A stretch of DNA of 64,000 bases from assembly GCF_009914755.1 (NCBI RefSeq), contig NC_060944.1. One strand, 5' to 3'. The DNA comes from the human T2T-CHM13v2.0 reference genome, Homo sapiens. Positions 14,671 to 28,490 of this stretch are shown one piece after another (positions within the stretch are counted from its first letter, which is position 1; every line of letters begins with the position of its first letter). Made by a program: the position numbers and the translations under genes. Under the pieces are notes generated by a model that saw only the letters and a program-made list of their open reading frames with translations, was not told where the DNA came from and did not search any database.

Positions 14671-16480
14671 CAATATTGTTAAAATGTCCATGCTACCCAA
14701 GGCAATCTACAGATTTGAGGCAATCCCTATCAAAATGTTAATGACATTCTACACAGAAATAGAAAAAAAAAATCCTAAAATTTATATGGAACCACAAAGA
14801 CCCAGAATAGACAAAGCTATCTTAAGGAAAAAGAACAAAGCCAGAGAAATAACAGTACCTGACTTCAAGTTATACTTCAGAGCTATAGTAACAAAAACAG
14901 CATGGTACTGGCATTAAAAACAGACACATAGACCAATAAAACAGAATAGAGCACCCAGAAGCAAATCCACACATCTACAGTGAACTCATTTTTGACAACG
15001 GTGCCAAGAATGTACACTAGGAAAAAGTGTCTCTTCAATAAATGGTGCTGTGAAAACTGGATATACATATGCAGAAGAATAAAACTAGACCCCTATCTCT
15101 TGCCATATAAAAAAATCAAATAAAAATGGATTAAAGACTTAAATTTTAGACCCCAAACTATGAAACTACTGTAAGAAAACGTTGGGGAAACTTTTTAGGA
15201 CATTAGCCTGAGCTAAAATTTTTTTAGTAATACCCTGTGGGTAATAGTAATACCCTATTAAGTTGCACAGGAAACTTAAGCAAAAATGACAAATGGAATC
15301 ACATCAAGTTAAAAAGCTTCTGCACAGCAAAGGATACAATCCACAAAGTGAAGAGATGACCCACAGAATGGGAGAAAATATTTGCAAACTATCCATCTGA
15401 CAAGGGATTAATAAATAGAATATATAAGGAGCTCAAACAACTCTATAGAAAAAAAATCTAATAATCTTATCAAAAATGGGCAAAAGATTTGAATAGACAT
15501 TTCTCAAAAGAAGATACACAAATGGAAAACCAGCCTATGAAAAGGTGCTCAACATCATTGATCGTCAGAAAAATGCTAATCAAAACTGCAATGAGATATC
15601 ATCTCACCTCAGTTAAAATGGCTTATATCCAAAGGAGAGTCAATAGCAAATGCTTCCAAAGATGTGGAGAAATGGAAACCCATGTACATTGATGGTGGGA
15701 ACGTAAGTTACTACAACCACTATGGAGAAGAGTTTGAAGATTTCTCAAAACACTAAAAATAGAGCTACCATATGATCCAGCAATCCCATTGCTAGGTATA
15801 TTCCCAAAAGAAAAGAAATCAGTGTATCAAAGAGATATTTGCACTGCCAAGTTTGTTGTGGCACTATTCACAGTAACCAAGATTTGGTAGCAACCTAAGA
15901 GTCCATCAACCGATGAATGGACAAATAAAAAGTGGCACATATACACAATGGAGTACTATTTATCCACAAAAAAGAATGAGATCCTGCCATTTGGAACACA
16001 TAGATGGAAATAGATATCATTATGTTAAGTGAAATAAGCCAAGCACAGAAAGACAAACATTGCATGTTCTTACTTATTTGTGGGATTTAAAAGTCAAAAC
16101 AACTGAACTAATGGACATAGAAAGTAGAAGTATGGTTACCAGAGGCTGGGGAAAGTAGTGGAGTTGGGGTAGAGGGGAATTTGGGATGATTAGGGAGTTA
16201 AAAAAATATAAAAAGAATGAGTAATACCTACTATACAATGGCATAACAGGGTGACTATAGTCAATAACAAGTTAATTGTACCTTTAAAAATAATTAAATA
16301 AGTATACTTGGATTGTTTGTAACACAATGGATGAATGCTCGAGGGGATGGATACCCCATTCTCCATGATATGATTATTATGCTTTGCATGCCTGTATCAA
16401 AATGTTTCATGTACCCCATAAGTATATACCCCATAATACATACACACAAAAGTTAAAAAAATAAAACAAAATAAATAGAA

Positions 16481-16770
16481 AAATTCGCAATCATAGTTTC
16501 AGATTTTATCACCCCTTTCTCAGTAATTGATAGCATAATTAGACTAAAATTCAGTTAAATTATAGATTTGAATGATACTATTGACTCCCTTGATTGAATT
16601 GGCATAATAACTGCTGAATACACATTTTTCTCCCCAAGTGTACATGGAACATTCATCAAGATGGCTCATATGCTGGGTAAAATAACAAGTCTCAATAAAT
16701 TTCAAAAGATCCAAATATTATAAAGTGTTTTCTAACCAAAATGGAATTAAATTTGAAATTAATAAGCTAT
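16481..16770 (+). mobile_element. Old L1 (L1ME-like) endonuclease-region fragment, candidate transduced sequence
   Basis: 'atcatagtttcagattttatcacccctttctcagtaattgatag...catggaacattcatcaagat...aagtctcaataaatttcaaaag' is a highly diverged ORF2 EN segment. Confidence 0.75.
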
Positions 16771-17723
16771 TTAGATTTTTTTTAAAAAAAAGAAATATTA
16801 CGGGAGAATGTTCCTGAAATCTAGCACATTTCATACTGAACAGTAAAAGACTCACACTCCAGGGATTCAGTATTTTTTCTCTTCTGTCAATTAAAGGAAT
16901 TTGATTGTTAATTTAAAAACCCAGTCTTTATAAGTATGTGATTCTGATTTTATTGTAAGTGTTTGTTCCTGGTGGTTTTGGTTTTGGAGCTTGCATACTC
17001 CCACACCAAGACCCTAAGAGTGGAGCTACAAAGGATGGAGCCTGTCTCCATTCACTTTGGAGGCCTGCAGAAAAACCCAACACTGTTTTTTTTTTTTCCA
17101 AGTTGGATAAACTCTTAACGTTTCGCAGTGGGGTGTTGATTTTCCTGGCCAGCCTGCTGAACTCTGGTAACACAAGACTGCTGGTCCCCAGGGAACCACT
17201 ATGCATAGTATGCCTAAGATGTGGCTTGGAGCTGCAGAAACCCAAGTGGGGCCTTCCGTTTTCAGTAAAGACCAGGAAATCTCTGATGGTGTCCTACATT
17301 CCTCTGCTTAATACCAATCCCTCCTCCCCACTAAAGACCATGCAAGTGGTTCATGTAAATCGCCCTGGTCTGCCTGCCAACATTCCAAGTGCTTCAGAGG
17401 AAATGTGAACACTCTGGGTGCCTAAATTTTCTTTGAAAGGTCACGGGCAAATGTGGGCTATAAATGTCCTGGCATTACAGCTGGTCTGCTACCCCTGCCT
17501 AGGATACCCAGTACTCAGGCTGCTATACTGAAACCTTCATAGATTTAGCTTTCCTGGATTTACAATTCAAGCCAGATGCTTATGGGGTAAGAAGGAGTGG
17601 AAAGGGGTGGTGAGATTTTACATGTAGGGGGAAGATAACGCAGTTGTTAACAGGTTTGTCTTTTATTCTCAGGAGTGTAGTCTCATCCCTAGTGCTTATT
17701 ACATGCCAGGCACTATTCTCAGG

Positions 17724-17761
17724 AATGCCCTGGTTTGAAAGATAAATTATATGGTTATCCT
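17724..17761 (-). mobile_element. MER94-like hAT terminal fragment
   Basis: 'ccctggtttgaaagataaattatatggttatcct' resembles the reverse complement of the MER94 terminus (AGGGTGACCATATAATTTATC...). Confidence 0.55.
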
Positions 17762-18899
17762 AGATATAAAGGGCTTATCCAAAGTAGCACAGGTAATCAA
17801 CTTCATATTGCAAATTCAGATCACCTAACTTCTCTACAGTGTTCTTTTCCCTAAGCCATAGGCGCCTCTCATGAAAAGTGTTACCTTCCTCTTTCTCTTA
17901 AAAGACCTCTCTCTCTCTACAAAGACCTGGGACACACACTTATCCCTTCCTGCCTCTAGCACAGAAGGTGAAAGGCTTTCTCAGTTTATTTCATTAGCAC
18001 CTGAGAACCATTAGTTATGCTTCAATGGAAGTATCCGAACTTTAGCACATGCTAAATTGAACTTGATTTTTATCTTTCACCGGGAAATGTTACTGCTTTT
18101 TGACAAAAGAAGGTAACTTAATTTCTTTGTTGGGGACAAGGGGAAAATTCAAACCTTGTTTTTAGGATCTAACTTCGGCAAAATGTAACCAGAGTCTTGC
18201 ATATATGCATGCATGCACACACATACACAAACCCCTCCTTAATCTGTTTTATCTCAACCATTGTGTACATAGTGGTTGCCAGAGATGAATAACTCATTAA
18301 TCTTCTTTAAGACAATTAGCCAGTAAATTCAAGCTAATTAGCTAGATCTGGGTTGAGTCAAGAAAGCTATTTGTTGGAACTGGTAGAGAATTTGTAGGGG
18401 CAAAGTTAGAACAAGGTAGGAAGAAAGCCAGGATCAGCAGATGGGAGACTCCAAGCTCTGCAGGGTTGCTACATAGAATTCTCTTCAGAAATGCCACTGG
18501 CCTCAAGGAGCAGCCCAAAGGTACAAGGTACTGCCTCAAAGATGTTTGATTTGCAGAATACTGTCAAATTCCATGTCTTCATTGTGCCTTCTGTCCTTCT
18601 GGCTTTGAAGGATAGAGAGCTGGAGTGAGTTCCCAACTATCCCCAGCTAGGAAAGAAGGAAGAAAATCAAGTTTCCTCATAAGGAAAGGGAATTTGAGTG
18701 TCTAATATGTACTCTTCACTCATTCATGTTAAGTAGATAACAAAACAGAGTCAAAGAAGACAGGTGACAACCCAAGACCATCCAAGTAGCTAGTATCAGA
18801 AGCAAAAGACTGCAGCCCTGTACTATGACATCCCGTTCTCCCTGAGAACATCCGTTAAAGAGTTTGTGGTGAATCCAACCTACTAGGACCCAGGGAGAT

Positions 18900-19300
18900 C
18901 CTAGCGTGGGAAGGAAGGAGACTCAAGAGCACTGAATTCAGTGAGCTCTTCTGTTTATCAATAATATGGCTTTGGGCAAGTCATTCCAATTCTCTGAGCC
19001 TCATTTTTTTCATTTCTATTTGAGGAAAATGATTTCTTTGTCATAGTCACTGAAAACTTTGGGTAAAATTATATGACGAAAACATCCCTAGTGCTTCTTA
19101 CATGCCAGGCACTATTCTGTGGGCTTTACATATTATAACTCATGTGATCTTCACAATATATCTACAAGCTAGCTACCACTACCATCATCAATTAATAAAG
19201 GAGGAAACTGATGCATAGGGAGGTTAAGTTGAGCAGCTAGATAGTGATTCAGAGTGGATTCAGACCTGGGTGGTCTGATTTGTGAGCCTGTGCTTTAATT
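18900..19300. mobile_element. Two MIR fragments in opposite orientations
   Basis: 'ttgggcaagtcattccaattctctgagcctcatttttttcatt' and 'tgccaggcactattct...aaagaggaaactga...gaggttaag'. Confidence 0.75.
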
Positions 19301-20739
19301 ACTTTCCTGCCTTTTCTAACTTGCATACTGGCTTAAATGGAGTTTAATAAATGCTCCTTTAATGCTGCTGTTTATTCATCCAATATATAGAAGCTCAGGA
19401 CAGAAAATAGGCAAAAATGGCCTGTTAGTATTTATCTCTAACTTGAACTCAAGATGAAGAGACTGATCCATGTATCTTTCCCCCTGCCCATTACCTGTTT
19501 CAAAGGATATAGCTGTCAGTCTTTTTCTTGGAGATATAGCATAGAGTTTAGCAAAGACACAGTGAACCAAAGAAAATGCAAATCTATCAAAATCTCATAG
19601 ACTCCTTTTCATGTGTGTTCCAAGCACTAAGAGACACAAGCATGCGATAAGGCCTATCTCAGGCTTGCAAACAATAAGAGCTCAAATCACACTTATTAGA
19701 AGAAATTGAATTTACATGGCCAACTCAAAGGGGAGCTTGATTCTAGGATTACTTCCTTTCAATGTCTATTTAGAAAAAAGTCCCCCTTTCTCCAGATGCT
19801 CTCAGAGGAGGGGATGAAAAAATATCTCCTGTTGGGGGATCTCCTGCTACTGACTCCATCTCCAAACATCACCGTGGAGGTTTTGCAAATTGGCACAGCA
19901 CTTATGAATAATCAGCCACAAATGAAGAGTAAAGACATGAGCTCTTTTTTGGAGGAATTTCTTTCCTCTAGCTTCCAGCTGATCATTTAAGATGGTTCCT
20001 GGTCCCTCCCACAAGGTATGTCAGCTTACAAGCTCAGCCAATGTCCTGGACAAACAAAATCTACTTGAAACCTCATCCCAGAAATCCTGACTTTAAGCCT
20101 AGCTCGTCGTGAGCATTCCTGCTGCATGGAGATAAATATGCTCTGTGTATTATCTCATGAGATCCTCACAATGACTTTGTAAATTCAGGCTGGATTATTA
20201 TCTCCATCTTACAGTAGGAAAAAAATGAATGGCAGGATGATTGAGTAAATCACTGCAGGTGACATGCAGTGTAAACAGTGCAACTGGGTTGTGAGTTTAG
20301 GTCAATCCCACACAATGCCTCTTTCTTTAAATGAGATAAACCCTTGGGTCAAGCGCTGTCATTTCCATAAACTTTTATCCAAATGTGAATGTCTTTGCTG
20401 TAAGACAAATCAGGCAGGGGTTATTAATGTATCACATTTTCATCTTCCATAATATATTGGATTCAGAAAAACTTTTACATCCTAAGTTCTTGTTACACTG
20501 TTCTGGGGTGCAAAATGAGATAGGAATGGAAAAGTGGACAACAAAGAACAGTGAAGAAACATAGAAGTATCACTGCATTTCCAATTTTGCCTGAGCTAGC
20601 CCTATCAAAGCCAGTATTCATTATTAAGGAATCAGAGAGGTGAAAAGTATATAACCAAGATGAAAGTGGAGGATTTCAAGGGTTAAAGTCTCTATTTACT
20701 AGTGAAGGCAACTACTAGCCACTTAGAATTTGGGTTATT

Positions 20740-23040
20740 TTGTTGTTGTTATTCTGCATCCTATAAATGCAGAATAAACATTTATTTGAAGTGCAAATGG
20801 AACATTTACCAAAATGGACCAGCTGCTGGGCCATAAAAAAAGTCTCAATAAATTGCAAACTATTGAAACCACATAGAGCATGTTCTCTGACTAGAGGGAT
20901 TAAGTTAGGGATCAATTAAGCAAAGAAGATAAATAAAATTCCCAAAATGCTTCAAAGGAGGCATTTTTAAAAATTTAGGTATAATTTACACAAAATAAAA
21001 TTTACTCTTTTCAGTGTGCAGTTTGCCAGTGTTGGCAAATGCATACAAGCATGTAATCACCAGTATCATCAAGATGTGGAACAGTTTAATCCCACACAAA
21101 GTTCCCCTATGTCTCATTATAGACAAACTCCTCCCTACGACCCTAGCCTCTGGCAACCACTGAACTGATTTCTGTCCCTAGAATTTTGCATTTCAAATCT
21201 GGCTTCTTAAAATCTCCCATAAGGCATTTGAGGTTCATCTATGTGTTGAGTGGATCAGTAGCATGTTTCTTCTTCTTGCTAAATAGTATTCCATTGTATG
21301 GATGTGCCACAGTTTATCCATTTACAGATTGAATGACATTTGGTTTATTCCCAGTATAAGGCAATTATAAGTAAAGTCAAGATAAGTCTTTATACAGAGA
21401 ATCTCTGGGTCTAAGTGTATATTCAACTTAATAGGAAACTGCCAAAGTTTTCCATAGTAGCTGTGATATCTTGCATTCTCATCAGCAATGTATGAGGGTT
21501 CCCATTGCTTGACATCCTCATCTGTGAAGCTCTTCTTAGTTTATTAAGTCTTTCTAACAAGTATGTAGTTGTATGATTGTGGTTTTAATTTGCAATTAAA
21601 TTACTAATGATATTTCATGTCATTTTGTCATTGGTATTTATCCATTGGTGAAATGTTTATTAAGTTCTTTTGTCCATTTTTAAAGTAGACTTTTTAATTA
21701 TTAATTTTTGAGAGTCCTTTGTAGAGTGTAGTTATGAGTCCTTCAGGAAATATGTTTTTTCCAAATATTTTCTCCCAGACTGTGTCCTGTCTCGTTTTGT
21801 TAATGAAAATGAGCAAAACTTTAAATTTTATGAAGTCTACTTTATCATTTTTAATTTTTTTATTTGTTTAATTTTTGTGTTCTATTTCAGAAATCACTGT
21901 GTACCACAAGGTTGCAAAGAATTTCTTTTAGTTTTCTTCATAATCTTACAAAATTATATTCCAAAATTCTCCTTTCCATAGTTTATGCAATTATTGCCAT
22001 CCATTTTACTTCTATAAATGCTATGGACACCTAACATCTTGCTATTCCTTTTTGCTTTAGACAGTCAATTTTCTTTTTTGTGTGTGTGTGGATCAAAATT
22101 TCTGTCTAGCATTTCTTGCTGAAGCGCTTTTTAGTATTTCTTGTGGTGCAGTTCAGCCAATAAGAGAGTGTCTCAATTTTTGTTTGAAAAAAATATTTCT
22201 TCTTTATTTTTGAATTTTTTGAGTGTGGGTCTGGGTGTAATAGTCTAGGTTGAAAGTGGTTTTGCTTTTTTTGTTTGTTTGTTTGCTTTGCTTTCAGGAC
22301 TTTAAAGATGTCACTTGATTTTCTTCTTGCTTGTGTAGTTTCTGACAATATCTGTTTTAATTCTTGTATATGTTCCTTTGTATATACCATATTTTTCCTG
22401 GTATCTTTAAATATTTTATCTTTATATATGATTTTCAAAATGTCGAATATGCTGGTTGAAGAGTGTTTGTGTGTGTGTGCACGCGCACGTGCACTGTGTG
22501 CACAATATATGTGTTTCCTTATTGATCCTGCCTGGTGTATGGAGTCCCCGGGATTTCTGGGCTAGTGTCATCTTCCACATTTCCAATTACACCAATTACA
22601 TATACGTTTGTAAGATATTTTCCCATGGTTCTTGGATAATCTGTTCTTTTTATTTTCCACTCTTGTTTCTGTTTTTTTATGTGTAAATTTAAACAAACTG
22701 TTCAAAAGCTATTTTTTATGTCCATTTTCATTTATATCTAATTTCATGTTTATAATTTCTTCTAATTTGTCTTCAAGTTGACTGAATTTTTCCTTGGCTG
22801 TATCGAGTGTACTAAAAAACTCATGAAAGATGTTCTTTATCTCCGATCCCATATTTTAAATTTCTAGCATTTATTTGATTCTTTTTCACAGTGTCCATCT
22901 CTGTGTTGAAATTTCTCATGTGTTCATGCATGTTGTCCATGTTTTTGCACTGGAATCTTTGCTGTGTTGATAATATTTGTTTTATATTTCCAGTTGTTTC
23001 ATTGTCTGGATGATATTTTAGTCTGGTTCTCTTGATTGTC
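20740..23040. mobile_element. Cluster of old L1 fragments (+ strand EN piece 20740-20960; - strand 3' end ~20970-21960; - strand ORF1 region ~22000-23040)
   Basis: Minus-strand L1 3' UTR motifs ('tctggcaaccactga', 'tagtattccattgtatggatgtgccacagttt'). ORF1-like peptides 22106-22438 (ETTQARRKSSDIFKVLK) and 22821-23156. Confidence 0.8.
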
Positions 23041-23064
23041 TGTGGAATGAAGTCAATTCTTACA

Positions 23065-23190
23065 AGAATTTCATGGATGCAGAAACTGAGGCTCAAGGAG
23101 GTTAGATGAGTACTCAAAATCACAGAGCCAAGAACTGATGAAATGAAGTCAAACAAATTTCAGGCTTTATCTTCTGCCCACTAAACTGTG
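23065..23190 (-). mobile_element. MIR
   Basis: 'gatgcagaaactgaggctcaaggaggttag...aaaatcacagagc'. Confidence 0.75.
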
Positions 23191-24867
23191 CTGCTCTATA
23201 ATATGGACACAATAAATAGCTACTGAACAGGTGATTACATGACCTGGAATTCTCAAGCATAAAAATCTGTCCAATGTTGCCCAATAGAAATGCCTCTGGG
23301 GACCCAAATCTTGGGACACAGCTGAGTGGGAAGCCACTAGGAGCTTATACCTATGTTCTGATGGTGTAGAACTATTTCAAAACCCCATGAGAATGTATGC
23401 ATTTGGTAGGTAAGTGTCACTGTGGCCAAGTGAAAGGTATGTTCATCTCTTTACTCACTTACTCACCTGCCCAAGCAGCACAGGATCTGGAACAGTCAGA
23501 GGACGAGACTGCATGGAAATATTTGACATAAGCCTTATAGACTCCTCTCTCACCCTAACTCTTCACTGAAAAAGCACCATTTGTTTTTTCACCGAATAAT
23601 CATTTGTAGCATACAAAATGAGCCATGTGATTTGTTTATTTCCTTATTAAAACAAACAAAAATTCGCCGCCCTGTTCTGTCCCACAGCCAGGGCTACCCT
23701 GGCTATAAGCCAGCTGTGTGGCTCTGCAATTTCAGGCACTGGAATGAGCTGGGATGGGGCCTGCAGGCTTTTTCTAGCTCCAAAGGCACAGTTGTCTACA
23801 GATTCCTCATGGATCAGGAAAGCTGGGGTGGGGCTGGCACACACAGTCAATGGTCTTGTAAATAAATGTGTTCGGCCCATTCCAGCCAGTAGATAGTGTA
23901 TCACAAGGCAAGGCCATTTACATATGGTCCCCTGGGCCTAGGTCAGGCATTGAATCAGGCATGTTACCTGCCAGACAGCTATAGTGAAGATAGATTAGCC
24001 TCCTGGGTGTCAGGTATATGCATAGCACATGAACTTCCCCCAAGAAAGCAAGTTGGCCTCTCCAGAAGACCCCCTGGGACTGTGTCTTTGTGGCCTAAAT
24101 TCCAGCAGGGAGCAGCCACAGACCTCAGACTTGCTTCTTCAGTTTAGAAGATATTCTTCAAGGATGGCTTCTGGTATCAGAGGTCTCAAGTAAGTGTGTG
24201 TAAAATATTTCAGTGTTGGACCTAATAAATATTATTCTTAAGGAAATAATTCAAAAAACGAATACATAGGCAAAGATGTTACTTATAGTAAACTAAGTTT
24301 ATAACATTAGGATGGTGACATATCTATTTAATAGACTGTCATGCAGCTATTAATAATTTTGCCCCATATTTAAAACTTTAGAAAAAAAAGACACTAGAAG
24401 GAGTGAAAATATCAAAGTTATAATAGATGAGAATTTCCCAGAGATATAAAGGTCACAAGTATTCCTATTGAAAGGGTATATTAAGAGTTTAGAGTAAAAG
24501 GAAAGGAAGAGCCAAACCTAGGGATATTACTGTAAAATTTCAAGGATTAAGAATAAAGAGGAGATCCAAAAACCTTGCAAGGTGCAGAATAGTCACCTAC
24601 AAAAGAGTAAGAATTAATCGGACCTCAAATTTTCCATTAGCAATATTGTATGCTTAGGGCTACTTTATCTTTCAGACATTGAGACACAGTGCCTGGGGCC
24701 TATGAGTTTTTTAAGTTCTATGGAAATATTTTATAGAAGAGAAACTTTATTCTAGATATATATTATATATAATAACTATATATATTTCTATAGATATATA
24801 ATGTATATGATTGTGATAGAATATATATACACACATATATACACACACACACATATGTAATATATAT

Positions 24868-26323
24868 TGTTAATATAAATTTGGTCTTTGTTCGCAGTTT
24901 CTGACACAGAGTTACAAAAACCCTTGTAATTTTACAATAGTATTACCAAGCTAGGCCTGTTCTACCCATCATGCAGTATGACAATCACTGAGATAATGAG
25001 TTTTGCAGTAAAGATTTTTTTCGCTAGGTAGCCAGCAAGCAGATGGGAAACCAGATCTCAAATTCACCTCCCTGAATATAGGGCTTAGGCGTATTTACAG
25101 GATAAAGAAGCAAGCTGGTCATGGAGAAAGGTGATTGGCAGTGGGAAAAAATGAGGTAATCAGTGGTTTGTGCAAGAATAGACAGAGTTTGTGGCTTTTC
25201 ATAGGACACATGTGCATTCAGAAAATGGTGGCATCAGCATAATCTGAGGGAGGAGGTTTGGGCCCTCTAACATCAAAACGTGACCTCTCAGGTATTTGCA
25301 CCTGCCCAGTTGAAGCGTTAGTGGTCTCCACTGGTTTAAACTGGACTCGTTCTTGAAAAATAACTTTAAGCAATCATTAACTATAGTGATATATATGTCA
25401 GAGATGTTATCTACAAGAAAGCTAGTAGGAGTATAGTTATATATTGTTTGACTGTGTTACTTTTAGCCACATAGGTTTTAAGATCAACTGGAAGTAACCA
25501 ATTAAAACCACACAAGTGGTTTGGTAGACTTAACCAGGTTAGCCTTTAGTTTCAATAGAGTCATCTTTTGTTCTAATATTTAGTCTTTGTACCTCATTCC
25601 TGGCACATAACTCCTAAAACTCAGAATCTCTGGAGTGGTAAGAGTGTCTTTAGTGTGCTATTGACATGACTGGTGGCCTCTAGAGAGCTTCGGGATGGGG
25701 GCTGGTGGCCAGAAAAACTAAGGCATGATTAGAGGGTTGGGATTTTCAGTTCCACTCTCCAACCTCTGGGGATAGGACTGGAGATTTAGATAATCATCAA
25801 TTTTCAATAATTTAATCAGTCATGTTTATATAATGAAGACTTCTTAAAACTCCCTAAATGACAGGGTTCAGAGAGCTTCCCAGTTGATGAACGAATCCAC
25901 ATGCAGGGAGGGTGGCACACCCCAACTCCACAGTATAGAATCCCCTGGGCTCAGGACACTTCCAGATATGACCCTATATCCTTTATAATAAACCAGTAAA
26001 TATAAGTACAGTGTTTCCCTGAGTTTTGTGAACCATCCTAGCCAATTATAGAACCTGAGGTGAAGTATGGAAATCCCTGGTTTATAGCCAATTGTTCAGA
26101 AGTACAGATGGCGATCTGAGACTTGCAACTGGTGTCTGATGTGTTTCTGTCTCACGGGACTGAAACCTTAACCTGTGGGGTCCATGTCACCTCTGAGTAG
26201 TTAGTGTCAGTGTGGATTTGAACGGTAGAATAACCAGCTGGTGTTCAGAGATTAGGAGAATTCATTTTTGGTGTGGAAAAACTCACATATTTGATGCTAA
26301 AGTACTGTGAGTAAAAAGAGCCA
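24868..26323. mobile_element. MER21-like LTR, split by a nested LTR
   Basis: 'ggtctttgttcgcagtttctgacacagagttacaaaaacccttgtaattt' resumes at 25559 with 'catgattagagggttgggattttcag' and 'gggttcagagagcttcc'. Confidence 0.75.
24941..25554 (-). mobile_element. ERV1 MER4-group solo LTR (MER67/MER31-like)
   Basis: Termini t(a)ttacc...gtttca, 4-bp TSD atag/atag, internal 'caatcactgagat...tctcaaattcacctccctga'. Confidence 0.7.
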
Positions 26324-27232
26324 AATATATAATATACAGAGATGCTATATCCATATTACATGTGTGTATATGTATATAGATTGAGATTCAAAACTATAAT
26401 ACTATACTATAAAATCAAGTATGAGAAATTATTAAATATGTATGTAGATAATATTATACTATGATACTTTGTAGTATGTTTCATATGAGAGGTGGGACTC
26501 CAAAACTTACAGTACCTTGGATTAACAAAAATTCTGAAAGTCTTGCTAGCAATCTAATTCTAGGCCCTAAAACCTAACAATTACAAGGGAAGTATCCCTC
26601 CCCTCTAGATTTGCAAACCCAACCAAACTATCAACCAAGGCATAAGGATATTATGAAAACATTTTTAGGTGAGACAGAACTCAGACATTTTAAGTTAATT
26701 TTAAGTTTCTGTTAGCATTTGAATGCTGATAACTAATTACATTTTTCATCTTTCTCCAAAGTTAGTAGCCAGTTAAGAAATATATACAAAAAGCTGAATG
26801 ATCAATTTAAAAGTGATCTATGTCGTTGACAGTACTGAACTGGACCTATGGCCATTTGGGTCCCTTACTAAACCCTCGATGGATCTTAAATCTGGAGTTT
26901 AGGATCAATCACCTGAGGGATTTTAAGGGCAGTCAGTCGGTCTTTCCAGAATCATCGCTTTGCCTGGATGCAGTATAGAAAGGGCCTCGAGCTAGACATT
27001 AAAGGAAGACTTGGTTCCTGACCCAGGTGTGCTTGCTATTTGAAATAGATCCAGAATGCCAACAGCTAGGGCAGGCCTCCTTGAAACAGAAATCCCAGAA
27101 GGGGCTGAGCCACATGTTCTTTCTACATTATTCACCATAAAAGTAAGACTTTTTTCACTGGGAACAAGGGAATAAACAAGAGACAAGCCAGAAGAATTTC
27201 CTCCATTCATGTTTTCTCTTTTTCGCCTAGGG

Positions 27233-27434
27233 CAGTGGTGCTCCAAGTGTTGTCCTTAAACCAGCAGCATCAACATCACCTGGGAACTTGGCAACAACAA
27301 CAACAAAAAGGAAATTCTGGGGCACTAGCTGAGCAACTTAGCAAATTAGAAACTCTAGGAAAGGAACTCAGTGATCTGCGTTTCCATAAGCCCTGCAGGT
27401 AATTGTAATGCACTATTATGGTGGAGAACCACTG
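27233..27434. mobile_element. MER5A hAT MITE
   Basis: TIRs cagtggtgctcca...tggagaaccactg. Internal 'cagcagcatcaacatcacctgggaacttg'. Confidence 0.88.
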
Positions 27435-27746
27435 TCATAGAGCAGTAATGGAAGTTTATTTCCTTTTTTGGAAATTTGAGGCTAAAGAAGATTCCCCCAC
27501 CCAATCACCCCTTGAGATTGTATGCCTGATAAATGAAGTCATAAACTGAACATGACATGAGGTCTATTCAAGAGTAGCTCCAACCCAGAAGAGGAGTGTC
27601 TGGAAGTGAAAGGATAGCTCATGTGCAGTGTGCCTAGGAAACAACCTGCCTAGAATTGACTAGATGGATGGTGGGCTCAAGAAAGGAGGATTTGATAGAA
27701 GAGTCAGTGTAATTGAGAAAAGCTAATGGATCTGCAATAAAGCACG

Positions 27747-28364
<618 letters not shown>

Positions 28365-28377
28365 AATAAAGTACCAA

Positions 28378-28490
28378 GGAAATAAGAAGGAAGAGAGGAA
28401 TGGAGAGAGGAAGAAGAAAAGAAAGATGGAAGAGAAGGAAGGAGAGAGGGAGACATGGTGACAGAAAAGAAAGATGAAGAAAGAAATAAT
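28378..28490 (+). repeat. GA-rich low-complexity tract
   Basis: ggaagagaggaatggagagaggaagaagaaaagaaagatggaagagaaggaagg... Confidence 0.8.

Noticed and set aside
16959-17408. 149-aa ORF in unique sequence
   Set aside because: Non-ATG start, no recognisable domain, reads through a T-run, no convincing splice boundaries.
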